Origin: Rhodothermales bacterium
GTDB taxonomy: Bacteria; Bacteroidota; Rhodothermia; Rhodothermales; Bin80
DNA length: 64,000 nucleotides
Assembly: GCA_963665975.1 (NCBI GenBank)
Contig: OY762508.1
Coordinates: 2,267,353 to 2,331,352 of the forward strand
Direction of reading: 5' to 3'
In this document: in pieces, positions 9,812 through 19,223 of the stretch
Layout: every line of letters starts with the position of its first letter
Numbering within the stretch: the stretch's first letter is position 1
The notes under the pieces: model-generated
What the model saw: the letters and a program-made list of their open reading frames with translations, nothing else
Told to the model about the DNA's origin: nothing
The model's database searches: none
Translations under genes and position numbers: made by a program

Positions 9812-9897
9812 GATTCTCAATGCGGTTCGGCAGCGGGAAACAGAGGCAACCATCCACGGGTTCGAAGCGCACTTTTTCGAATGCGGACTGGGACGGG
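9812..9897 (+). promoter_or_regulatory. copy C: 5' leader of ypdA (candidate structured leader or operator)
   Basis: Lies immediately upstream of the ATG at 9898. It contains hairpin TTCGAA(9861-9866)/TTCGAA(9876-9881). CATCC (9851-9855) is complementary to GGATG (9896-9900), which includes the start codon. The element is conserved in copies A and B. Confidence 0.45.
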
Positions 9898-10902
9898 ATG
9901 TGTGACGTGGTAATCATCGGGGCGGGGCCCGTAGGACTGGCCTGCGGGATTGAGGCCAAGCGCAATGGCCTCGATGCGGTAATCGTGGATAAGGGCGCGC
10001 TCACCAATTCGCTGCAGGGCTACCCCCTCAACATGGAGTTCTTCTCTACACCGGAGCTTCTCGAAATTGGCGGCCATCCGTTTCCTACTCTGCGCTACAA
10101 ACCGACGCGACAGGAAACGCTCGAGTACTATCGGCGCGTGGCATTACAGGAGGATCTTCGTCTGCGCCTGTATGAGCGCGTCCTCGAAGTAAACGGGCAG
10201 AGTGGGGCCTTCACGGTCGTAACACAGAAGGGCGCCATTACGTGCCGGAAGGTGGTTGTGGCCACGGGATTTTTTGATATTCCGAACCGGCTGGACGTCC
10301 CGGGCGAGAACCTGCCCAACGTTACGCACTACTACCGGGAGCCATTCCCTTATTTCCGGCAGCGCGTTGCGGTGATTGGGGCGAAGAATTCAGCGGCCAA
10401 GGTCGCCCTCGAGTGCTACCGGCACGGGGCGACGGTCACGCTCATTCACCGCGGCAGCGGTCTGTCTGACCGTATCAAGTACTGGATATTGCCGGACATC
10501 GTAAACCGTATCAAGGAAGGGAGTATTACAGCGTATTTCAACACAAAAGTGGTCGCCATTGAACCTGATCGGCTGGTGCTGGATACGCCGGACGGACGTG
10601 TCGAAATTGAAAATGACTGGGTGCTGGCCATGACGGGCTACCGTCCCGATTATTCGTTTCTGACCACGCTGGGCATTACCATTGGGGACGATCCCGCGCG
10701 CACTCCGAAGCACGACTCAGAAACATTCGAAACCAATCGGCGCGGCCTCTATCTGGCAGGGACCGTCTGCGGTGGACTGCGCACGAGCCGCTGGTTTATC
10801 GAAAACGGACGCTTTCATGCGGGACAGATCATGCAACATATCACTTACGGAACGGTGGAGCCGCTGGCATTGCAGCAGCGGGTATGGAAGACGGCCGAGT
10901 AG
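9898..10902 (+). CDS. ypdA: YpdA-family FAD/NAD(P)-dependent oxidoreductase (putative bacillithiol disulfide reductase, thioredoxin-reductase-like)
   Basis: ORF 9754..10902. The family-like sequence starts MCDVVIIGAGPVGLACGIEAKRNGL. A second dinucleotide-binding site is VAVIGAKNSAAKVALE. Length from 9898 is 334 aa. The upstream 48 codons overlap the conserved leader and are Arg-rich. Confidence 0.75.
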   Translation: MCDVVIIGAGPVGLACGIEAKRNGLDAVIVDKGALTNSLQGYPLNMEFFSTPELLEIGGHPFPTLRYKPTRQETLEYYRRVALQEDLRLRLYERVLEVNGQSGAFTVVTQKGAITCRKVVVATGFFDIPNRLDVPGENLPNVTHYYREPFPYFRQRVAVIGAKNSAAKVALECYRHGATVTLIHRGSGLSDRIKYWILPDIVNRIKEGSITAYFNTKVVAIEPDRLVLDTPDGRVEIENDWVLAMTGYRPDYSFLTTLGITIGDDPARTPKHDSETFETNRRGLYLAGTVCGGLRTSRWFIENGRFHAGQIMQHITYGTVEPLALQQRVWKTAE

Positions 10903-10913
10903 TGGTGAACGAG

Positions 10914-13046
10914 CTACCGCGCCACGACAACACTGCGGCTTACGACGCTATGCGAGCCCGTGCCGCGAATGAAGTAGATGCCGGACGGCAGGGTGCTGCC
11001 CGCAAGCGTGAAGACATGGCTTCCTGGGGTCAAAACGCCGTCGTGCAAAAGGTGAATACGGCGGCCAAGCATGTCAAAGACGGCCAGCGTCATATGCTGC
11101 AAGCGGGGGACGCGCAGCATGAAGCGAGTCTCGGTCTGGAATGGATTGGGATGCGCGGCGCCTAACACGACGCTTCCGGGTAGCGTGTCCCGGGATCTGG
11201 TTGTTACAGAGGGCCCGTAGAGGCCGAACGCAATAGCATTCCGGGTGTCCTGGATGCCCTTAATTCCCTCTACGACATTGTATGCCGCAATACCGAAGTC
11301 AATATCAAGGTCATCGTGTGACCCAAATACTCCGTCAGGGCCGGAGCCGATGAAGGTGTGCAGGGCCGTGCTGGCATCCATGAGGTCAGTTCGATACGCT
11401 GGATGTCCCGTATGGAAGTTGGCAAAAAGATGGCCTGCCTCGTGCGAGACGATGTTACCGACCGCGGTACCGAGGGCATCAATTATGCTGGTCCCCGCGC
11501 CGAAGTCGTCCGCTTCCAATGACCCCAGCATGTCGGGACCGGTCAATCTGTCAAGGAGCACGATTGCCGTTTCCTCGGTCACAAAATTGCCTACATCTAC
11601 ACTCTCGGCAATACCGATCGTATTCAATCCCAATTCGTGGATTGTGCCGCCTATGATTATGCGACTCGTGTTCGGGTCACCCCAGGGGTCCGGGTCATCC
11701 CGACTGTTTCGAAGCTTGAGTTGAAATCCAGGATTGGCGCCCATGCGGATATCGTCTGCCAGATTTTCCGTCACCGTGGCGAGAATGCGGGTGATGACGG
11801 CGTCTTCATCGCCAGCGGGGTCCAGGCCAAGGCGGCCAAGGGATGCGGAAAGCGGAGACAGCGTGGCCATGCTGTTGCCCCCGAGGATAGCTTCCGCATC
11901 ATACACCGCGCCGTCGAAATCCAGGAACAGTGTCTGTGGCGTTTGCGCATATTCGAGCCGTGGACGGCTCCGTTGCAGGTGCAGAGTATAAGCACCATCA
12001 CCCCGCTCCACCGCGACGGCATAGGGTCCGTCATCTCTGATTACATAGGCGAGGTTGGCATTGCCGCCAAACCGCAGACCGCTTCCGAGCGGATACAGTA
12101 CGCTCAGGTCGAATGTCACGCTTATGTGCGCTATTCCGTCACCGTCAAACACAGTGATCCGGTGCGCCCATCCGTGTACGGAAATGTTTAGGATGTCCCC
12201 CGCGACGAGATCGAATCCGAAGAAGTCTACGTCACGGTCATCCACGCTGATGGTTATGTCATAGGGCCCTTCGCTACCCGCCTTCGGCCCGGAGGCAGAA
12301 TCAAATGGATCGCCTGGCCAGTCGCTGTTGATGCCGCGAACTAAGACGAAGTACTCATCCGCTGTTGGAATGACGATTTCAAGAAAGCTGTCGTGGTCGC
12401 CCCGAAATCGGTCGTCGTTCTCGAACAGGCGGACGCCGGCGCTGTTATACAGGCCAACTTTGGTGTCCAGTCGGGGATTGACATTGTGGGACGTTTCTGT
12501 TTTCGCGGTAATGACTTGCCCCGCTTCAAGACTGCCGACATGGTAAAAGTCATAGTCGCCGGTACCGATCCCTTCCCTGCCGTACGGGCCGTCGCCGATG
12601 TACGCGTCTGCTCGAATACTCTCTCCCGACACTAGGTTTGTAGCAAGAGCCAGCGGGATGGCGCCATCGTCAGCTTCTGTGATGGTGCCGAGGTCGCGAG
12701 GTGCGGGTGGTCTCAGCGTGCCAAGGAGTTCTATCTCCTGAGACCTGCCCGCAGACCAATCCGGTAACCACTCGGCAGTCGATTGCACGTCGTTCCAGCC
12801 ACGCGCATCAGCCGGCTCCTGTTCTTCGACAATCGGGTTAGCCTTGGGCAACAGCCTTTGCACTGATCTGCCAGCTTGCATGCGGGCTTGCCAGTAGGCC
12901 CAATCGGGCTCTACTTCAGGAGGAGGAAGACTGGTATAGGGGTTGGGAAGGCGATTGGAGGCCACCGGTTGCGCGTGGACCGCGAAACCTCCTTCGCTCC
13001 ACGTGAGCACGACTATGAGTATGGCGAGAGTGGCTCTGGGCGACAT
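10914..13046 (-). CDS. secreted metzincin-like zinc metalloprotease with PPC (pre-peptidase C-terminal)-like domains and a T9SS C-terminal sorting domain
   Basis: 710 aa. Signal peptide is MSPRATLAILIVVLTWSEGGFAVHAQ. It has DYDFYHV...G PPC-like segments and an HEAGHLFANFH (HExxHxxxxxH) site. The C-terminus is FDMLGRRIHLLHDGVLTPGSHVFTLAGSTLPSGIYFIRG, typical of Por/T9SS CTDs. Confidence 0.8.
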   Translation of the reverse strand: MSPRATLAILIVVLTWSEGGFAVHAQPVASNRLPNPYTSLPPPEVEPDWAYWQARMQAGRSVQRLLPKANPIVEEQEPADARGWNDVQSTAEWLPDWSAGRSQEIELLGTLRPPAPRDLGTITEADDGAIPLALATNLVSGESIRADAYIGDGPYGREGIGTGDYDFYHVGSLEAGQVITAKTETSHNVNPRLDTKVGLYNSAGVRLFENDDRFRGDHDSFLEIVIPTADEYFVLVRGINSDWPGDPFDSASGPKAGSEGPYDITISVDDRDVDFFGFDLVAGDILNISVHGWAHRITVFDGDGIAHISVTFDLSVLYPLGSGLRFGGNANLAYVIRDDGPYAVAVERGDGAYTLHLQRSRPRLEYAQTPQTLFLDFDGAVYDAEAILGGNSMATLSPLSASLGRLGLDPAGDEDAVITRILATVTENLADDIRMGANPGFQLKLRNSRDDPDPWGDPNTSRIIIGGTIHELGLNTIGIAESVDVGNFVTEETAIVLLDRLTGPDMLGSLEADDFGAGTSIIDALGTAVGNIVSHEAGHLFANFHTGHPAYRTDLMDASTALHTFIGSGPDGVFGSHDDLDIDFGIAAYNVVEGIKGIQDTRNAIAFGLYGPSVTTRSRDTLPGSVVLGAAHPNPFQTETRFMLRVPRLQHMTLAVFDMLGRRIHLLHDGVLTPGSHVFTLAGSTLPSGIYFIRGTGSHSVVSRSVVVAR

Positions 13047-13064
13047 GGGTCCGGAATAGCGGGT

Positions 13065-14978
13065 CTACCGGACAAATTCCCACAGTTTGCGGTACTGGGG
13101 ATTGGCAGGGTCACGCTCAAGCAGTCGTTGAACGTATCTCCGGGCTTCCGGCATTCTGTTCGTATTGAAATACAGCGAGGCCAAGTTTGCCAGAGACTGC
13201 TCGAGGTCGGGATCCAGGGCCAGGGCGGCAATGAAATCTTTCTCCGCCCCGGCAAAATCACGCAACAGCACACGCGCGTAGCCGCGGTTGTTGTAGGCCT
13301 CAGTAAATTTAGGATTTGCCGCAAGCACAGAGTCCAACACTGCAATGGCCTGGCGTGGAAGGTTGTCCTGGGTATAGGCCGCTGCAAGCCGACTTCTGAA
13401 CCGCAGGTGCTCGGGAGCGCGGCGCACAGCGTCCTTCAAATAGCTGCTGGCCTCCTTCGCCCTGCCGTCTACCAGAAACGCCTCCCCAATGCGGTATGCG
13501 GTCCAGGCGTCTTTGGCTATGGCTCCTGCACGCACCAACTGGATGATTGCAGAATGCTCTCCCCGTAGAAAGTGGGCCTGAATCAACGGGCCGGTGATGT
13601 TTTCAAAAGAAGTGTGGTTTCGGGCGCGCTCAAGGAGGGCAGCGGCAGAGTCCAGAAAGCCCGGGTGGTTGGTGACCTGTTCATAGTAGGTCATATATCC
13701 CCGTGCTATGTCGGTGAGCGCAGGATCCTCATCCACGAGACTGGCCAAGCGGACGAATTGCCGCTGAGCATGCTTCGCTTCAGCCGTCAGCACTTCCTCC
13801 GTGTTGCTGCCTGGTCGCCGTATAAAGTGGTCGGTAATGCGCACATGCGGTATGTCCACAGATCCCGATGTCGGCATGTGGCATGTCACACAGTTGTCCT
13901 CCGCCTCCTGGCGTTTGGCCAGGGTTTCGGTGCAGACGAGGGGTTCCGGTAGTGCGGAGTGGCACGTCTGGCAGGTCTGCCGATAGTGGTCCGCGCCGAG
14001 CGTTTCGATGCTGACATGCGGATCGTGACAGGTGATGCACGTGAGCGGTTCGGTGTTCTGCGCGCGTGATTCCAGGAAACATTCGCTCTGCCGGAGCCTG
14101 TCCGGGTGGGAGGCCATCACGAATTGCCGCAGGCTGTCTTCGTAGCGCGGCCAGAACACGTTTTCAATATCCACGAGGCGCTTTCCCGGGCGAAAATCGG
14201 CGAAGGTGAGCCCCTCCTCTGGAACTGCCGCACCCTGCAGGTGGCAACCCTGGCAGATGTCGAATTGGAGATCAATGGGCAGCTTGCCGGGATTTACGAT
14301 CGTGTTCTGCCGGTCAGCGCCGGATTGAATGGCCTCTATGTGCACACTGCCGGCCCCATGGCAACGCTCGCAGTCGATGCCGTGCGGTACGGCGTCGTAT
14401 TTGTTTTCCGATCCCTCTACATAGGTCGGCATGGCGTTGTGGCACGTGATGCACTTGAGCGGAATCGGGCGGTCAAAGCGAAAGTTGTTCCCGTCCTGGA
14501 AGCCGGGAGGCAAATCCCACCGTCTGTCCTGAGCATACCACGTCATGGGCATCTGGTAAAGGTAGCCTCCTACGTCCATGATATGCGAATTGGTATGCTG
14601 GCCCGAGCCGACGATGTAGTCGATTTTCTCTGAGCGTTGATACACCGTGTCGCGACCTGACAGGCGGTACTCCTTGATGAAAAGGTCCTGTCCGCGATGA
14701 AAGGCCTGATAGTACAGATCCTTGTGAGGGTCGTATACCGGTGCGGGATCAGCAAAGTCTGCCGCACTGTTTTCCAGCGTTGCCGCTTCCCATGACCGCC
14801 CCATTTGGGACAGGGTATAGCTGGCGTACTTGTCGGCATGACAACTCTTGCATGCCTCGATGCCTACGTAGGCCGCATCCAGGTTGCGGTAAGGAACGGG
14901 AGCCTCGTCCGGGGAGGCGCATGCAGCAAGCAGTAACAGGAGCACATGGCACACGTGCGTGGCGCGAGTGACCGTCAT
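13065..14978 (-). CDS. heptaheme c-type cytochrome fused to C-terminal TPR repeats (paralog 1)
   Basis: ORF 13065..15035. It has seven CxxCH motifs: CKSCH, CITCH, CERCH, CQGCH, CITCH, CQTCH, CVTCH. The lipoprotein-like N-terminus is LLLLLAACASP. The C-terminal TPR-like repeats include AYNNRGYARVLLRDFAGAEKDFIAALALDP. The start could be at 14978 or 15035. Confidence 0.8.
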   Translation of the reverse strand: MTVTRATHVCHVLLLLLAACASPDEAPVPYRNLDAAYVGIEACKSCHADKYASYTLSQMGRSWEAATLENSAADFADPAPVYDPHKDLYYQAFHRGQDLFIKEYRLSGRDTVYQRSEKIDYIVGSGQHTNSHIMDVGGYLYQMPMTWYAQDRRWDLPPGFQDGNNFRFDRPIPLKCITCHNAMPTYVEGSENKYDAVPHGIDCERCHGAGSVHIEAIQSGADRQNTIVNPGKLPIDLQFDICQGCHLQGAAVPEEGLTFADFRPGKRLVDIENVFWPRYEDSLRQFVMASHPDRLRQSECFLESRAQNTEPLTCITCHDPHVSIETLGADHYRQTCQTCHSALPEPLVCTETLAKRQEAEDNCVTCHMPTSGSVDIPHVRITDHFIRRPGSNTEEVLTAEAKHAQRQFVRLASLVDEDPALTDIARGYMTYYEQVTNHPGFLDSAAALLERARNHTSFENITGPLIQAHFLRGEHSAIIQLVRAGAIAKDAWTAYRIGEAFLVDGRAKEASSYLKDAVRRAPEHLRFRSRLAAAYTQDNLPRQAIAVLDSVLAANPKFTEAYNNRGYARVLLRDFAGAEKDFIAALALDPDLEQSLANLASLYFNTNRMPEARRYVQRLLERDPANPQYRKLWEFVR

Positions 14979-15239
14979 GGGAACGCGGGTTATCGTACGC
15001 GAAGGCTTGATGTACACGGTCGTCTGCATGATCACGAAATCCGATTAGTCTCTCGGCGCGAGCGGGGAGAGACGGAAATACGCTCCCGGAATGTATTCTT
15101 GTTCAGGCAGTATGTTCATTCGAAGCTCTTCTCAGATTCTGTCCTGACTGTCAACACACTGGTGTGTCCAGACTGAGGGCCCAGAGATGGCCGGAGGCCA
15201 GAATTCCTATAATGTGCGTCGAACAGCATACGGGAGGGG

Positions 15240-17384
15240 CTAAATCGCATCGATGATCTGTTGCGCGAGCGCATTTCCAGGATCGATTGTGCGCGCCTCT
15301 TTGGCGTATGCACGCGCTTCTTCGTAGTCTTCGTTGCGGAAGTGCGCCAGAGACAACTTCAGCAGGGCTTCCAGGAACGTGGGATCGACCTCTACGGCGC
15401 GTGTCAAAAATACAATGGCCCTGCCCAGATCATCCTGATCCAGATAATAGGTCCCTAGGTTGCTAAGCGCGGTAGCGCTCTCGGGGGCGGCCTCGACGGC
15501 CCGCCTAAACTGTTGCCCGGCCTTGTCGAGTTCGTGCATGCTGGCATATAACATGCCCAGGTTGCCCAATGCTCGCGGATGATCGGGGTCGAGTTCGAGG
15601 GCGCGCAACAAGGCACGCTCTGCGTTCTGGAACGCACCCTGCTGCAGAAAGGCTGTGCCCAGATTGTAATGAGCGATAGCGAGGCGCGGCATTTCTTCCG
15701 CCGCCATACTGTATTGCTGCGCGGCCTCGTCCAGGCGTCCACGAGTTTCCAGGAAACGGCCAAAGTTCAGGCGGATGTCGGCCCGGGCGGGCACATGCTC
15801 CAGAGCGCGCCGGTACAACTGTTCGGTTTCCTCCGGATTGCGGCCGGCGAGCTCGTAGGCCTGTGCCAATGCATTCAGACGCTCCGGGACATCCGGATTA
15901 TGCAGTATGGCCTCGGCCAATGGCGGGATGGCTTCCTCTACGCGGCCAAGGCGCCAGTGGGTCAACCCCAACTGATATTCTGCCTGTCCGGTAGTATCGC
16001 TTGCTTCCGCCAGAGATTCCCTGATCAATTCGATGCCTTTCTCGAGGGCTAGCGTGTCGGACCGTTGCGTCCCCAGTACTATGTAGGAGCGCGCCAGATA
16101 ACGCCGGCCGTCCATGCTCTCGCGGTCCTGTTCGAAGTAGGGTACGAGTGTGGGTGTGTCATGCGATGCGCGTGGCGCGGGCAGCTCTTCTGCGACGACA
16201 CGGATCCAATGATCGGTGAACGAAGCATGCGGCACGTCTTCCGGCTCCACGCGTGGCATGTGGCAGGATATACAGTTTCCGGTGTCCGTGTGCGGGCTGG
16301 CATCGGTAGTGAAAGTTATCGTGCCTGCTCCATGGCAGGACAGGCAGGCTTCGTTGAAATACTCAGGTCCCTTGTCCCTAAACCCCTCGTGTGGATTGTG
16401 GCAGGTAATACAGGTCAATGGGTTTGGCTCCTGCGCCGTGGCAAGAAAGCAGGCGCTGCGCTTCATTCGATCCGCGTGCGAAATAACATCGATAGCCCCG
16501 GGATCCATGGATACCTCTTCGTAAAACAGGGCGAGATGATCCTCCAGGCGCTGAGAGGGTCTAAAATCAAACGGGCCCCGCCCGTCCCGCAGAATCGACA
16601 CCGTAGTGTGCAGGTGGCACTGTTCACAGACGTCCAGTTTCAGGTCCTCATCCAGATGCGCGGGGTTAACGATCGTGTAATCGACCTCGGAGGCAGGATC
16701 GGGACTGGAGAGGCGTTCCTCTACGTGCAGGCTGCCAGGTCCATGGCAACGCTCGCACCCGATTCCCTCGGGTACGTCGATATACTTGCCTTCGACAAAG
16801 GGCACCGTCTCCGGATAGCTGTTGTGGCAAGCCATGCAGCGGTCCGGCACTAGGCGGTCGAACCGTTTGTTGTGGAATTCGTAGCCCGGACTAAAGTCCC
16901 ACCGTGCCTTTTGCGCATACCAGGTAAGTGGCAATTCGTACAGTCGCCCGCCGGACTCAGACAGGTAGGTGCGCGCCGCATGGCCGCTGCCGACAACGAA
17001 GTCCATGCGCCGAGGGAGCCGATGGGTTAGTTCGCCAGTTGAATCAACGCGGTATTCTTCTTGCCAGAAGTCACCGCCTTGTTCATACACACGATAGTAG
17101 AAGCCGCTTTCTTCATGCCAGAGGGGAGGTGCGTCAAAATTCTCGACAGTGTTCTCTCGCGTTAGCCGATAATAGGACTGTGCCATACCGTGCTCCTGGA
17201 AGCCTCGCCAGATGTCTTCGTGGCAGTCGAAACATGCCGAAGACCCGATATACTCCGCATTCACATTGCGAAATGCCGTGATATCACCTGGGGATTCCCT
17301 GTCTGGCAAGCGGTCTCGCGTCGGACTGCAGGCCACGACTGTAACCGCGAGTGCTAGGACGAGAGCACACCGGATGCGCGCCAT
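15240..17384 (-). CDS. heptaheme c-type cytochrome fused to C-terminal TPR repeats (paralog 2)
   Basis: ORF 15240..17792. The plausible start is MARIRCALVLALAVTVVACSP at 17384. It has seven CxxCH motifs: CFDCH, CMACH, CERCH, CEQCH, CITCH, CLSCH, CISCH. It is colinear with the gene at 13065 (for example LPLTWYAQKARWDFSPGY versus MPMTWYAQDRRWDLPPGF). The TPR tail is longer. Confidence 0.8.
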   Translation of the reverse strand: MARIRCALVLALAVTVVACSPTRDRLPDRESPGDITAFRNVNAEYIGSSACFDCHEDIWRGFQEHGMAQSYYRLTRENTVENFDAPPLWHEESGFYYRVYEQGGDFWQEEYRVDSTGELTHRLPRRMDFVVGSGHAARTYLSESGGRLYELPLTWYAQKARWDFSPGYEFHNKRFDRLVPDRCMACHNSYPETVPFVEGKYIDVPEGIGCERCHGPGSLHVEERLSSPDPASEVDYTIVNPAHLDEDLKLDVCEQCHLHTTVSILRDGRGPFDFRPSQRLEDHLALFYEEVSMDPGAIDVISHADRMKRSACFLATAQEPNPLTCITCHNPHEGFRDKGPEYFNEACLSCHGAGTITFTTDASPHTDTGNCISCHMPRVEPEDVPHASFTDHWIRVVAEELPAPRASHDTPTLVPYFEQDRESMDGRRYLARSYIVLGTQRSDTLALEKGIELIRESLAEASDTTGQAEYQLGLTHWRLGRVEEAIPPLAEAILHNPDVPERLNALAQAYELAGRNPEETEQLYRRALEHVPARADIRLNFGRFLETRGRLDEAAQQYSMAAEEMPRLAIAHYNLGTAFLQQGAFQNAERALLRALELDPDHPRALGNLGMLYASMHELDKAGQQFRRAVEAAPESATALSNLGTYYLDQDDLGRAIVFLTRAVEVDPTFLEALLKLSLAHFRNEDYEEARAYAKEARTIDPGNALAQQIIDAI

Positions 17385-17525
17385 GGTATTGAGGGAGAAA
17401 AGCGGCAAGATCGCCCCGTTGTCAACGGCCTTGAAGGTGATTGCGTGTACGCACAGCCGGTTAGGAGCTCCTTGAGACTCTCGCACGTTGGGACTACCTT
17501 CCGTCATCCTGATTCCAATAAGATC

Positions 17526-19223
17526 ATGAAAAGATTCCTCGCATTCATATGCCTGTCGTGTTTTGCGCTGCCATCCGCGGCCCAGAGTGGGCGCATTCCG
17601 GTTGCTGCTGAGAGCGGAATGGTTGTGAGCAGTCACCACATCGCCTCGGAAGTTGGCAACCGCATTTTGCAGCGGGGCGGCAACGCGGTGGATGCGGCTG
17701 TTGGCACGGCGTTCGCCCTTGCGGTGACGCTCCCGTCTGCCGGCAATATCGGGGGTGGCGGGTTCCTTGTCTATCACGGGGCGGACGGCCATGTTACTTC
17801 ATTCAACTTCCGGGAAAAGGCGCCGCTTGCGGCAACACCCACCATGTTCCTCGGTGAGAATGGCGAGATTCGAGATAATAGTAACCATGAAGGCCCTTTG
17901 TCGGTGGGTGTTCCGGGGACCGTGGCAGGTCTCTTTCTGGCGCATCAGCGACTGGGAAGGCTGCAGTGGAGCGAGCTCGTGGAGCCAGCTATCGCCCTCG
18001 CCCAGGAGGGGTTCCCTTCTTCACGGGACATGCAGGGGATCCAGCGGCACATCAGTCAGCTCACCGATTCGATGTATTCAGCTACGCGGGAGGCTTTTCT
18101 CAAGGACGGACACACGCCGTATGCTCCCGGTGAAACCTGGCGCCAGCCAGACTTTGCTGAGTCTCTTCGTCGGATACGTGACGATGGTCACGACGGCTTC
18201 TACCATGGCAAGACGGCGCAACTGTTGGCCGCATTCGTCCAGAGGCACGGTGGCCTGATCACGGAGGAGGATCTGGCGCGGTATGCGGCTGTCGAGCAAC
18301 GACTGATCCACGGCGTCTACCGTGGCTTTGACGTATACGCGATGGCTCCGCCGAGCAGCGGTGGCGTGGCGCTAATCGAAATGCTCAATATCCTCGAGGG
18401 CTTTGACCTCGCAGGGATGGGCCATAATTCGGCACAATACCTCCATGTGCTGACCGAGGCCATGCGACGAGCGTATGCGGATCGCGCAGAGCACGTGGGA
18501 GATCCGGCGTTCAATCCCGACATGCCGGTCCCGCGTCTAACGTCCAAGGCGTACGCGGAGGAACTGCGGGCTTCCATTGATCTCACCCGCGCCTCGGAGA
18601 GTGATTCGTCAGATTTTGCCCGCGTGTACGTGACCGCTGAGAGCGAGGAAACCACGCACTTTTCCGTCGTGGACGGGGAAGGAAACGCGGTATCATTGAC
18701 CTACACGCTTGAGTACAGCTACGGCTCACGACTGGTTGCTGACGGAACCGGCTTTCTCTTAAACAACGAGATGGGAGACTTTAATCCGGTGCCAGGACGC
18801 ACGGATACGCGCGGCCTAATAGGCACGCCCCCCAACCGTGTTGCTCCCGAGAAGAGAATGCTCTCCAGCATGACGCCCACCATTGTAGCGAAAGATGGTA
18901 AACCCTTCCTCATAGCAGGAAGCCCCGGGGGGCGCACCATTATCAATACCGTGCTGCAGATAATCCTCAATGTGGTCGATCACGGCATGAACGTCGGGCA
19001 GGCCGTCGAGGCGGCGCGCATCCATCACCAGTGGCTGCCGGACGTGACGAGTTTCGAAAGATTCGGAATTTCAGTGGATACGCGGCGGCTCTACGAGGAG
19101 CTCGGCCACTCCGTCCGATTCCGGGGAACACAGGGCCGCGCCCACTGCATTCTTATCGAGGACGGTCTGCTGTACGGCGCCGCGGACTCGCGGAGCTACG
19201 AAGGCCGCGCCGTAGGACATTAG
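17526..19223 (+). CDS. ggt: gamma-glutamyltransferase
   Basis: ORF 17445..19223. The signal peptide starts at MKRFLAFICLSCFALPSAAQ (ATG 17526). It has the GGT autoprocessing site context ESEETTHFSVVD (Thr nucleophile) and the GSPGGRTIINTVLQ motif. Confidence 0.9.
   Translation: MKRFLAFICLSCFALPSAAQSGRIPVAAESGMVVSSHHIASEVGNRILQRGGNAVDAAVGTAFALAVTLPSAGNIGGGGFLVYHGADGHVTSFNFREKAPLAATPTMFLGENGEIRDNSNHEGPLSVGVPGTVAGLFLAHQRLGRLQWSELVEPAIALAQEGFPSSRDMQGIQRHISQLTDSMYSATREAFLKDGHTPYAPGETWRQPDFAESLRRIRDDGHDGFYHGKTAQLLAAFVQRHGGLITEEDLARYAAVEQRLIHGVYRGFDVYAMAPPSSGGVALIEMLNILEGFDLAGMGHNSAQYLHVLTEAMRRAYADRAEHVGDPAFNPDMPVPRLTSKAYAEELRASIDLTRASESDSSDFARVYVTAESEETTHFSVVDGEGNAVSLTYTLEYSYGSRLVADGTGFLLNNEMGDFNPVPGRTDTRGLIGTPPNRVAPEKRMLSSMTPTIVAKDGKPFLIAGSPGGRTIINTVLQIILNVVDHGMNVGQAVEAARIHHQWLPDVTSFERFGISVDTRRLYEELGHSVRFRGTQGRAHCILIEDGLLYGAADSRSYEGRAVGH

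Noticed and set aside
9754-9897. Upstream 48 codons of the ypdA ORF
   Set aside because: The Rossmann fold normally starts within a few residues of the N-terminus. The extension overlaps the conserved leader and is Arg-rich. The ATG at 9898 gives MCDVVIIGAGPVG.
9836-9900. Leader element as a known riboswitch (c-di-GMP-I because of ACAGAGGCAACC; NAD+/nadA because of CAACCAUCCACGGGUUCG; guanidine classes because of GGGACG)
   Set aside because: Only short fragments resemble those consensus sequences. The remaining conserved blocks (for example GGGACGCAAAGCC for GEMM-I) are absent or not conserved among the three copies.
17385-17792. 136-codon extension of the second cytochrome-TPR ORF, and the 27-codon extension of ggt (17445-17525)
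   Set aside because: The two extensions overlap each other on opposite strands. Both proteins have clear signal peptides starting at internal Met codons (17384 and 17526).
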